64,000 nt of DNA from Nitrospirota bacterium (GTDB lineage Bacteria > Nitrospirota > Nitrospiria > Nitrospirales > Nitrospiraceae), in the NCBI GenBank assembly GCA_963703955.1, contig CAVPGK010000017.1, positions 128,001-192,000 on the forward strand, given 5' to 3'. Below are positions 13,000 to 21,653 of the stretch, piece by piece (position 1 is the stretch's first letter; each line of letters starts with the position of its first letter). Made by a program: the position numbers and the translations under genes. The notes beneath the pieces are model-generated. The model was given only the letters and a program-made list of their open reading frames with translations, ran no database searches and had not been told where the DNA came from.

Positions 13000-14031
13000 A
13001 TGAGTGATAAACAGCGGCACGCGAGACCCGTACCGACCGCAGCCATCACAGGACAGCACTCCAAGCTGCTCGGCCTTTCGGTAGCTTTTCACACGCCGTT
13101 TTTGATCGTCGCCCTAAGCATCCTCTCCATGTTCTTCGCCCTCTCGAAACCGGCCGTCTACGACGCGCAGGCTGAGACCAAAAGTGGTCCCGACATGGAC
13201 CAGGAGACGAGCCCCCAGGACATCAAGGCCGGGCAGCAGTATGGGAGTGGGACACGGGTGCGCGCACCGACGCTGGGCGCCTCGTTCGTCATCCCCAAGG
13301 ATTGGTTGGGCGGGATGCCTCCGGGCTCGCAAGCATTCTTGTTGGGATCCAACACCAAGGCCGGCCTCGGCCTCGCGGTCATGTTTCACGCGGTGACGCC
13401 TCAGGAGCTCGCGGTCCAGTTGAACGAACCACAAGCGCTAGAGGAAGGATTCGTGCTACACCCGGTCGGATCGGCCAAGCGCGTAGGGGATCGCATGACC
13501 GCATCGTATCACGCCGGCGAGCACATCGGACGCGCCGTCGCGGTGTTGGGACCTGAACAGAACGCTATTGTCTACCTTTTCACGGGCCCCAAAGACCAGG
13601 GTACCTATTACGATGCACTGATCGAGGAGATCGCCGCCTCAACACGGTTCACTAAGGTCGACACGGCCGATGTCTTGAACCGGTGGCGGGAGCGTCTGAC
13701 CGGTATGACGCTGAAACGGTTGGAGCAATATTCCAGCGGTGTCGGCGGCGGCTACAACATGTCAACCGTCTGGCACCTTTGTCGGGATGGCCGCTTCACG
13801 TACACCCATTCCTCCCACATAACCATTCAAGTGCCGGGGGGAGGCACGTCCAACGCGGACCAGGATCATCGCCAAGGAACATGGCGCGTCGAGGTCAAGG
13901 GCGCGGACGCCTTGCTGGTCCTCACTGAGGACAACGGAGCGGTGAGATCTCATACCCTTGCGTACGACGGCGAGAAAACCTTTCTGGATAAAGAACGCGT
14001 GTTTCGTGTTGAGAGTGAGGGATGCCCGTGA
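13000..14031 (+). CDS. Hypothetical exported/membrane-anchored protein
   Basis: Long ORF with a hydrophobic N-terminal segment. Its stop overlaps the next ATG (TGATG at 14029-14033). Start uncertain. Confidence 0.7.
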   Translation: MSDKQRHARPVPTAAITGQHSKLLGLSVAFHTPFLIVALSILSMFFALSKPAVYDAQAETKSGPDMDQETSPQDIKAGQQYGSGTRVRAPTLGASFVIPKDWLGGMPPGSQAFLLGSNTKAGLGLAVMFHAVTPQELAVQLNEPQALEEGFVLHPVGSAKRVGDRMTASYHAGEHIGRAVAVLGPEQNAIVYLFTGPKDQGTYYDALIEEIAASTRFTKVDTADVLNRWRERLTGMTLKRLEQYSSGVGGGYNMSTVWHLCRDGRFTYTHSSHITIQVPGGGTSNADQDHRQGTWRVEVKGADALLVLTEDNGAVRSHTLAYDGEKTFLDKERVFRVESEGCP

Positions 14032-15407
14032 TGACTATTACACACGTGAACCGTAGAGACTTTCTCGTGCGTACCGGACTGGCGCTCGGCGCCGGCGCGC
14101 TCACCGCCAACGCTCCGCTGGCCCGAGTGCTCGCTGATTTTACGAAGCCGGCTCAGCTGGACAGTTGGGAAGCCGTGCGCGATCAGTTCCCGTTGTCACG
14201 AGAGGTCATCCATATGGCCGGCTTCTTTCTCGCCTCTCATCCGACACCGGTGCGAGAGGCGATCGAGGCACATCGGCGCAGATTGGATGAGAATCCTATC
14301 GGATACTGGATTGGCCACGGCGAGGAACTGGAGGGAACGGTCCTGCGCGCTGCCGCGGACTACCTGGGTGTGACCTCGACCGATATCGCCCTGACCGACA
14401 GCACCACCATGGGCCTCGGCCTGCTCTACGGAGGGTTGGCCCTTCGGGAGGGCCAGGAAGTCCTCACCACGATTCACGACCACTATTCGACGGATATGTC
14501 GCTTCGCCTGAGGGCTCAACATACCGGCGCGTCGATCCGGCAGATCCCGCTGTACCGCAAGCTGGATACCGTGTCTCGCGAGGAAATTGTGGACTCCCTG
14601 ATGAAGGAGTTGCGCCCACGGACCCGTGTGGTGGCGATCACATGGGTTCACTCCAGCACCGGGCTCAAGCTGCCCATCCGTCAGATAGCCGATGCGATGG
14701 CGAAGATCAACGCCGACCGGCCCGACACCGAGCGGGCACTCCTCTGCGTCGATGGGGTCCACGGACTCGGCGTAGAAGATATTGGACTGAAAGACCTTGG
14801 CTGCGACTTCTTCATTGCCGGCACGCATAAATGGATGTTCGGCCCCAGAGGCACGGGTCTGGTCTGGGGCCATCCCCGGGCCTGGCCTGCCGCGAACGCC
14901 ACTATCCCCACCTTCAATCATGAAGCCTACCGTGTCTGGATGAAGGACACGCCGGAGGCATCTTCTTCACCCGATCGCCCAAGGGACGCCGAGATGCGCT
15001 CTCTTCCCATGGACGTTCCCTATGGAGCGATCATGACTCCGGGAGGTTTCCACTCCTTCGAGCATCGATGGGCGCTGAATGAGGCCTTTCGATTCCATCT
15101 GGCCATCGGCAAGACTCGCGTGACCGAGCGGATTCATACGCTCAACGATCAGCTCAAGGACGGCCTGGCGAAGATGGCGCACGTCAAACTGCATACCCCG
15201 CGCTCGCGCGATCTGTCCGCCGGGATTGTCTGTTTTGAAGTGAACGGTTGGAAACCCGAGAAGGTCGTCGAACGCCTTCGCCAACGCCGGATCATGGCCA
15301 GCGTCGCACCCTACGCCACGCAATACGTGCGCCTCGCGCCGAGCCTTCTCACTTCACCCGAGGAGGTCGAGAGGACGCTGCAAGAGACTCGGAGTCTCAG
15401 CGGATAG
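14031..15407 (+). CDS. Tat-exported class V PLP-dependent enzyme (PvdN / isopenicillin-N epimerase-like)
   Basis: Twin-arginine signal NRRDFL; VDGVHGLG; PLP lysine motif GTHKWMFGPRGTG. Confidence 0.85.
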   Translation: MTITHVNRRDFLVRTGLALGAGALTANAPLARVLADFTKPAQLDSWEAVRDQFPLSREVIHMAGFFLASHPTPVREAIEAHRRRLDENPIGYWIGHGEELEGTVLRAAADYLGVTSTDIALTDSTTMGLGLLYGGLALREGQEVLTTIHDHYSTDMSLRLRAQHTGASIRQIPLYRKLDTVSREEIVDSLMKELRPRTRVVAITWVHSSTGLKLPIRQIADAMAKINADRPDTERALLCVDGVHGLGVEDIGLKDLGCDFFIAGTHKWMFGPRGTGLVWGHPRAWPAANATIPTFNHEAYRVWMKDTPEASSSPDRPRDAEMRSLPMDVPYGAIMTPGGFHSFEHRWALNEAFRFHLAIGKTRVTERIHTLNDQLKDGLAKMAHVKLHTPRSRDLSAGIVCFEVNGWKPEKVVERLRQRRIMASVAPYATQYVRLAPSLLTSPEEVERTLQETRSLSG

Positions 15408-15461
15408 ACGTCGGGGGCGCCAGAAGAACTATGCGAACCTGCTGATCCGCTTCGGCTGCCG

Positions 15462-16214
15462 TCAGTCGACGTCCGCATCAGGCTCCACAAGGGTCGCGCC
15501 TGCGGTGTGACCGGGTTCGTCAAACACCTCCCGATAGATCCCTTCCCAGAACCTGTACCAGGCGTCGGCGGTCTCTCGGGCTCCGGACGCGATGGAAGCG
15601 AGTTCCTGCGACTCCTTGGCCGTCTTGCGCACTGCCTCCAGGATCCAGTCGCTATGGCATTGTTCTTCCTGTACGTGTGACTCGAAGAAGACGAGATCGT
15701 TGGGTGTGAGTTCAGGATATTGCCGCAGGCCCGGATACAGATACAGGAACTCCGAAGCCGCGGTCGTCTCCACGGCCAACTCAGCCCCCAAGGCAACCAG
15801 ATAGTTGGATTCCATGAAAAGGTGGCGAAGAACATTGAGGTAGCCCGTCACTTCGGCAATCGGTTCCGTCTGGCTCAGGTTAGATTCGCTGAGGCCCAGC
15901 GCTTTGCCGAACCGTTCCAGTTGCCTCACGTGCGCGTGCTCGATCGAGCCTGAACCGAGCTCCGAATGAAGGGTCTTGATCAACTCGACCCGCATCTCGA
16001 CTTCATCGATCGGCGTGGCATAGAGCAGCCCTTCCAGGACCTTCACGAAGTGCTTACAGAAGTAGTGGTATTGCCGGAAGAAGGCTTGCAACTGCGCCCG
16101 ACTCAATCGCTCTGACTTGAACCGCCGGAAAAACGGATGGTCATTCACCGGGTGATGGATGAGGTCTTCCCTTATCCTATTCAAGGACGACGGGTCGATT
16201 TGCGTCACTTGCAT
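15462..16214 (-). CDS. Heme-oxygenase-like diiron enzyme (TenA/PqqC/CADD fold)
   Basis: HPFF...LSRAQLQAFFRQY, E..H (SELGSGSIEHAH), AVE and FFESHVQEEQCH ligand pattern. GGAGG RBS before the ATG at 16214. Confidence 0.8.
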   Translation of the reverse strand: MQVTQIDPSSLNRIREDLIHHPVNDHPFFRRFKSERLSRAQLQAFFRQYHYFCKHFVKVLEGLLYATPIDEVEMRVELIKTLHSELGSGSIEHAHVRQLERFGKALGLSESNLSQTEPIAEVTGYLNVLRHLFMESNYLVALGAELAVETTAASEFLYLYPGLRQYPELTPNDLVFFESHVQEEQCHSDWILEAVRKTAKESQELASIASGARETADAWYRFWEGIYREVFDEPGHTAGATLVEPDADVD

Positions 16215-17015
16215 CCTGTCTCCTCCCTGAATGAACGATGAGGCGGTGCAACGGAATTTGAACATGCCTCAGTTCGTCAAAGCAAGACGTTGCCTGGGAG
16301 TGGTAGTTTGCTGACCCGACCCGACCGATGACGGAGCCTGTTCTCAGGACACCGACGATCGTCCAGTTCGGTAAATGTGGAGAGTGTGAGAAATCGCACC
16401 GTGCACTTGTGTGATTTCGCACGTTTTGGCTGACCTTTTAATTGAGTGCCTGCATTGCATTTTTCCAACCCGTTGTAAAAACGAGCATCATCATCAATTC
16501 AGTTAGTCCATGTCATCGTGCATCCAGGAGGGACAGATCTTGCGTATAGTTCAATGGTGGAGGTTTCATTATGGAATTCTTCTTGGTTGCCTGCGCCGTC
16601 GGTCTCTGGACGTTGCTGACGAAGATTTGACGGAAAACCCTTTCAGCCTGTCTGCCGGCTCGCTGTACCTTATGAGATGACCTCCGTGCAGTTTTCTGAT
16701 GTCCCCGATCACTTGGCAGCATCTGATCCTCGACAGTAGGGGACCCGCAAGACGCACCTGACTCACCGTTGGTTGGCCATACGCCCGCTCTTGCACCTCC
16801 GTTAGCGCCCACGGAAGCGTCAGGGCTCAGTTCCGGCGAACGATGGTTCGCGACGTTAGCGGGCAAACAGTCAGGCGAGGTGTGCATCGAAGCACCCTGA
16901 GGTGGGAAGCTGCAACGCTCAGGACACGATGTGGCCTAATGAGGCGCTTAAACGCTTGGTGCGGACCATAACAGCCGATGAGATTCTGGCCGGTGCGCTT
17001 TAGAAGGTGACGAAC

Positions 17016-17132
17016 ATGCAGAAGGTGAATGACCAGCTAACCAGAGTCCTGATTGTCAGCGGCGACCAGATGATCTGTGCAGGGATACGAATGATCCTCG
17101 AGATCCAGACGGCCCGGATTACGAACTGGTGA
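17016..17132 (+). pseudogene. Remnant of a NarL/LuxR-type response-regulator N-terminus
   Basis: MQKVNDQLTRVLIVSGDQMICAGIRMILE..., with PDYELV in a shifted frame. Resembles RVLIVDDH..R.GLR.LLE..PD.EVV. Confidence 0.45.
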
Positions 17133-17243
17133 CTTATCAGCGGAGAGTAGGAACCAGAAACTCACGCCGTTTGCCAGTCACATCCCACCCGGACGTCCTT
17201 TCCGATGGGAACCGAGCGTGGCAAACCTGTGGTCCTACCGACA

Positions 17244-17897
17244 CTAAGGATTTGTCGTGAGGCGTTTCCTGTGTGGCTGCAACTCGGCGAGAGTGCTCTG
17301 GGCTTCGGGAATGAGATCAGCGCGGCCTTCGCGCTGTGCGATATTGAGAGCCTCATCCGCGAGGATGAAGGCTTCTTTACGGTTGCCTCGGGCCGCATAG
17401 GCTTTGGCCAATGAGATGCGGGCATTGATGGCTTTCGTCGGGTCCCGTTGAATCACCCGCCGCAACATATACTCGCCCTCTTCCTCGTCCCCACCCAACA
17501 GCGCCGGCAACCTGATCAAAAAGGTTCCCTTCGAGGAGAGCGCGTCCAGGTGATCCGGGTTCAATTCGAGAGTTCGATCCAATTCCTTCAACGCGCGCCG
17601 AAATCCGAATACCGAGGTAAACGTCTCCCCATCGATGCGGAGCTGTTCACCAAGGCTACAAAAGAGAGCGAAATGGGCGTCGGCGAGTTGGTCGTTGAGC
17701 GCGATGGCCTGTTCAGCGAGGGATTGGCTTCTCTTAAAATGCGCAAGTCGACCGGCGCGCTCCCCGGGGCGTCGCCCGGCATCGCATTCAAGCTGGGCTT
17801 TCGCGCTCAACTCCTCGGCGGATTCCCGAGCCGACGCGGTCACAGAATCAGCGCCAAGAAGAATTACCGCCGCGACGAGAGCCCACCATTTCGCCAT
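17244..17897 (-). CDS. Exported TPR-like helical protein
   Basis: Signal peptide (MAKWWALVAAVILLG) and TPR-like motifs (RTLELNPDHLDAL, ARISLAKAYAARG). Confidence 0.75.
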   Translation of the reverse strand: MAKWWALVAAVILLGADSVTASARESAEELSAKAQLECDAGRRPGERAGRLAHFKRSQSLAEQAIALNDQLADAHFALFCSLGEQLRIDGETFTSVFGFRRALKELDRTLELNPDHLDALSSKGTFLIRLPALLGGDEEEGEYMLRRVIQRDPTKAINARISLAKAYAARGNRKEAFILADEALNIAQREGRADLIPEAQSTLAELQPHRKRLTTNP

Positions 17898-18143
17898 CTG
17901 CTCATGCCTCCCTTATGCAGTTCAAAGGAACGGAGTGAACTGCAAAACAGATGCCATAGAGATGACCATCTAACAACTTTGGAGAAGTACCTGGAAAACA
18001 GAGGGTTGTAGGAACTCGCTCCATCGAAGGTCAGTCAATTCAGTGTGGGGAAGATGAAACGGCGAGGACAATATGCGCCACGCTTCCCAGATTGTCAAGT
18101 GAGAATCAGGAGTGGGTGATGTAACGTTCTCTGTGCAAAAGGC

Positions 18144-18293
18144 ATGAGAGTGTCAGCTAGGTCGCTGTCGAGGCAAACCCATGCTCCAACAAAGGAGGTT
18201 TCAACACTTCATGACCGAAGTCCGCCGCCGGGTGTCAGCCTCCTGACGTGGAGATGGGTCTTGTTTGGCAGCAACCCAGCCGACACGCTTCAT
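18144..18293 (-). ncRNA. Candidate structured RNA / inverted pair of ~58-nt hairpin units
   Basis: Long imperfect inverted repeat. On the minus strand, three of four outer-stem mismatches become G-U pairs, and a GAC-UUCG-GUC tetraloop hairpin lies near the apex. Confidence 0.45.
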
Positions 18294-18337
18294 CTCCTAC
18301 GCAGAGGAGAGAAGACTACATCACCATAAGGCGTCCT

Positions 18338-18366
18338 TTGACACACCCCGAGGCGATGTCTACAAT
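18338..18366 (+). promoter_or_regulatory. Sigma-70 promoter for the lipoprotein gene
   Basis: TTGACA-17 nt-TACAAT, 9 nt before the ATG at 18376. Confidence 0.6.
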
Positions 18367-18375
18367 CTTTTCACC

Positions 18376-18699
18376 ATGAGAAGAGCTAGCATGCGACATA
18401 CGTTAAGGCTGGTTCTTGCCGTCGTCCTGCTCGCTGGGTGTGGCGGGAACCCCTATCTGGACGCCTCGTTGAAGCCGGCGGAACTTGAAGGCAAGGACAA
18501 GGCCTGGTTTGAAAACAACTGGGGGCCGCCTAGCGGAAAGTCACCGCGATTCTTTGGTGGTGAGACCTGGACCTATTTTCGGATCGCCGGCGGCGAATCT
18601 GGGCCGTTGTTGTTCAATTTCGCGCCGAACCAGTGCCAGATCACACTAAAGTTCGATAAAGGAGAAAAGCTCAGCTCATACAAGTATTCCGGGTGCTAG
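18376..18699 (+). CDS. Small lipoprotein
   Basis: Lipobox VLLAG-C, then WGPPS...GETWTY (BamE/SmpA-like pattern, weak). Start is 18376 or 18391. Confidence 0.75.
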   Translation: MRRASMRHTLRLVLAVVLLAGCGGNPYLDASLKPAELEGKDKAWFENNWGPPSGKSPRFFGGETWTYFRIAGGESGPLLFNFAPNQCQITLKFDKGEKLSSYKYSGC

Positions 18700-18722
18700 C
18701 CGGTACAGATACTTCTCGCAGG

Positions 18723-18971
18723 TCACCCAGGCTGTGACAATTGCTTTTGGAAAGCCTCAGCGCAACCCGCGCTGCAGAAATAGTAGGTCTGCCCCCCGAT
18801 TCTCGCCGGTACAGCCGACCCCTTCGGCACATAGGTGCGGCACACAGGGTCTTGGATCATGTGGTGATTGTCAGGTAATTGATCCGGTGTGCCACGCAAT
18901 TCCCGGATCGCCCTTCGCACCAAGAAGTACAGGACGACGAACACAACGATGACGATGATGAGTCTCCACAT
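18723..18971 (-). CDS. Membrane-anchored YHS/TRASH-domain protein
   Basis: N-terminal TM followed by QDPVCRTYVP...GQTYYFCSAGC. Confidence 0.85.
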   Translation of the reverse strand: MWRLIIVIVVFVVLYFLVRRAIRELRGTPDQLPDNHHMIQDPVCRTYVPKGSAVPARIGGQTYYFCSAGCAEAFQKQLSQPG

Positions 18972-19205
18972 CTGACCCCGCCCTCCACTCCATCAAGAGT
19001 AACTCCGCCTGACGGTAAACGCTCCTGCCAACGTATGAAAAGAAAAGAGGTTTCGCATCTGACGACCGATGGTCTCGCCAGCCTGGGACCGTGGTCAAGG
19101 GGGCCTAAGGCCTCACGTCTCGTCGACGGCAGAGGGCCCTTTGCACTTGTGGGGAGGGACTTTAGACCGATAGCTCTCCCTCGTTACGGATGTTATGGTG
19201 GGGGC

Positions 19206-19358
19206 ATGCAAACCTGTGACAAATGCCAAGGCACCATGTTGTTGGAGCGTGCAGTAGACCTGAACGCAGGTCTCGTGATCACCGTTCTGGCCTGTCTCAA
19301 TTGTGGCAGGCGCAAAGCGGTGGAGACCGAACCTCGACCGTTGACCGCCCGCTGCTGA
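19206..19358 (+). CDS. 50-aa zinc-ribbon-like microprotein
   Basis: MQTCDKCQGTMLLER...LACLNCGRR, the same pattern as 49163-49351. Confidence 0.6.
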   Translation: MQTCDKCQGTMLLERAVDLNAGLVITVLACLNCGRRKAVETEPRPLTARC

Positions 19359-19875
19359 TGACGGCCTCGCAACTAGGCCCCGCTGTCCGACAGAAGCCAT
19401 AGATGCTATTCTACCATTCTGTCGACCACTAATGATAAGACCTCATGAAGTCTAGGGTCATGAAAATAATCGAATCCCCGCTGACCATCCCACGGCATTG
19501 TCCCAATCGCTACAGGGTCATCTACTCCAGCTAATTGATCGATCGGTGCTTGTTACAGATTCGTCTCCTTGACTGCGATAGTCAGGCGGCAGCGCGATTT
19601 TCTTGAGATCGATTCGGCGGAGGCTACCAGGACACCTGGGGGTGGTGCTGGTCGTCATGATATAACTCATGACCTCGTTCCATTCCGGTCCTTTCGCTTG
19701 CACTCGACTAGCATTGACTACGGAAGGCAGAAGGCCGGGGCATTGCCACGATGGATCATAGCCTGATCGCGGTCGTGCTCACTTACACGGTCCAGACGTA
19801 TGGGAAAAAGGTTTGTAACAGGCCGGGGCCATCATCGTCATCCGAGTGTAGCTCATGCTTGCCAACAAGACCCAA

Positions 19876-20679
19876 TCATTTCAGGCCTAGGACGTCCAAC
19901 ATATCGTACAGACCTGCTGGCTGTTTGACCACCCATCGCGCGGCCCGCAGCGCGCCGCGCGCAAAGGTGTCCCGACTTTGGACACGATGGGTAACTTCGA
20001 CCCGCTCACCCATCCCTCCGAAGAGGACGGTGTGGTCTCCCACGATATCGCCCGCTCGAATGGTCTGAATTCCAATCTCGCCGGGCTTGCGTTCCCCGAT
20101 GAGACCCTTCCGGGTATAGACGCCGACCTGATCCAAATCCCGGCTCACCGCTTTGGCAAGAATCTCGGCCATTTTTAGGGCTGTTCCGCTCGGAGCATCC
20201 TTCTTCAGACGGTGGTGAGCTTCGATCACTTCGATGTCATAATCTTCTCCGAACGTCTTGGCCATCTCGGCGATCAATTTGTAAATGACATTGACACCTA
20301 CGCTCATATTCGGGGAAAACACGCACGGAATCTGCCGAGCTAACGCGCGCAGCTCGCCGAGATCTTGAGCCGACAATCCTGTCGTCCCGATCACCATGGC
20401 CCGGCGGTGCTGGGTCGCGGTTCGCAAGTGCTCCAGGGTCGCCATCGGTGATGAGAAGTCAATTGTGACCTCACCGTGTCCCACGACGGCAGAAAAATCA
20501 TCTCCGATGGGTACCCCCATCGGACCGCAACCTGCGACTTCGCCGGCGTCCTCGCCGATCGAGACATGGCCTTTCCGCTCAATCGCTCCTGCAAGGCTAA
20601 GGGCGGCCGAATCCTTCAGCAGGGAGATAAGCCGTCCGCCCATCCGCCCAGCTGCACCGTTGACGATCACTTTGATCAT
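19876..20679 (-). CDS. dapB: 4-hydroxy-tetrahydrodipicolinate reductase
   Basis: GAAGRMG, IGTTG, EAHHRLKKDAPSGTA. Confidence 0.96.
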   Translation of the reverse strand: MIKVIVNGAAGRMGGRLISLLKDSAALSLAGAIERKGHVSIGEDAGEVAGCGPMGVPIGDDFSAVVGHGEVTIDFSSPMATLEHLRTATQHRRAMVIGTTGLSAQDLGELRALARQIPCVFSPNMSVGVNVIYKLIAEMAKTFGEDYDIEVIEAHHRLKKDAPSGTALKMAEILAKAVSRDLDQVGVYTRKGLIGERKPGEIGIQTIRAGDIVGDHTVLFGGMGERVEVTHRVQSRDTFARGALRAARWVVKQPAGLYDMLDVLGLK

Positions 20680-20691
20680 TGAGGAGTCCCG

Positions 20692-21564
20692 TTAGATCAG
20701 CCCGTAGTCCTTCATGACACGCTGAAGCTTCTCACGGTTGTCGGAGGACATGGGGCTCAAGGGCAGGCGGAGCTCGGGCTGGATCTTCCCCAGGATCCCC
20801 AACGCCTCTTTGACCGGAATCGGGTTGGTCTCATAGAAGAGCGCGGCGAAGAGCGGGTATAACCTGTAATGGATCGCCTGAGCCTGATCCAACTTCCCTG
20901 CGGCAAACGTATCGACCAAGGCGGCCATGTCAGCTGGGGCGATGTTGGCGGTCACGGTGATCACACCCCTAGCTCCCACCGCCATCATCGGCAGCGTGAG
21001 CGGGTCATCGCCGGAGAGAACCGCGATCCGATCGCCGCACGCCTTGATGATTTCCGAGACCTGCTGGAGAGACCCACTCCCCTCCTTGATGGCCGCGATA
21101 TTGCGGATCGCGGCCAAGCGGGCGACGGTGGCTGGAAGCATATTCACACTGGTTCTGCTGGGAATGTTATAAAGCACCAAAGGGAGGTCCACCGCCTCGG
21201 CGACAGCTTTATAGTGCCGGAAGAGGCCTTCCTGCATCGGCTTGTTATAATACGGGGTAATCAACAAGGCGGCATCGGCGCCCGCTTTCTTGGCGTGCCG
21301 GGTGCGCGCGATGGCCTCATCGGTTGAGTTGGAGCCGGTACCTGCGATGACCGGCACCCGTCGTCCGACTACTTCGACCGTCAACGACACGACGCGGTCA
21401 TGCTCTTCGTTTGAGAGCGTGGCCGACTCTCCAGTTGTGCCGCACGGCACGATGCCATCGGTTCCGTTCGCCAGTTGAAACTCAATCAGATCCCCGAGCG
21501 CACGTTCATCCACTTGCCCGTTCCTGAACGGAGTGACGATTGCCACTAATGAGCCGGTAAACAT
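20692..21564 (-). CDS. dapA: 4-hydroxy-tetrahydrodipicolinate synthase
   Basis: GTTGESATL, PYYNKP, LYNIPSRT, AIKEGSG, ETNPIPVK. Confidence 0.96.
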   Translation of the reverse strand: MFTGSLVAIVTPFRNGQVDERALGDLIEFQLANGTDGIVPCGTTGESATLSNEEHDRVVSLTVEVVGRRVPVIAGTGSNSTDEAIARTRHAKKAGADAALLITPYYNKPMQEGLFRHYKAVAEAVDLPLVLYNIPSRTSVNMLPATVARLAAIRNIAAIKEGSGSLQQVSEIIKACGDRIAVLSGDDPLTLPMMAVGARGVITVTANIAPADMAALVDTFAAGKLDQAQAIHYRLYPLFAALFYETNPIPVKEALGILGKIQPELRLPLSPMSSDNREKLQRVMKDYGLI

Positions 21565-21653
21565 AAAGCCCCCTCTAGCAGTGAAATATTCGAAAGGCAA
21601 AATGCAAAACGAAAAGCCGCCTTTCTCTTCGAGTCCTTATTTTGCCTGTGGCA

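Noticed and set aside
16215..16400. Guanidine or glutamine riboswitch in the diiron enzyme leader
   Set aside because: Only short word matches (GGACGA, ATCGTTCATTC); the required helices and downstream motifs are absent.
17165..17245. c-di-GMP-I or ZTP riboswitch
   Set aside because: GGCAAAC and GTGACTGGC words are present, but the surrounding stems do not fit either consensus.
18144..18293. 6S RNA or SRP RNA assignment
   Set aside because: No large central bubble with the typical flanking motifs, and no SRP GGAA domain IV motif. Kept as an unassigned element.
19518..19703. Small minus-strand ORF
   Set aside because: No convincing RBS, motif or similarity I can recognise.
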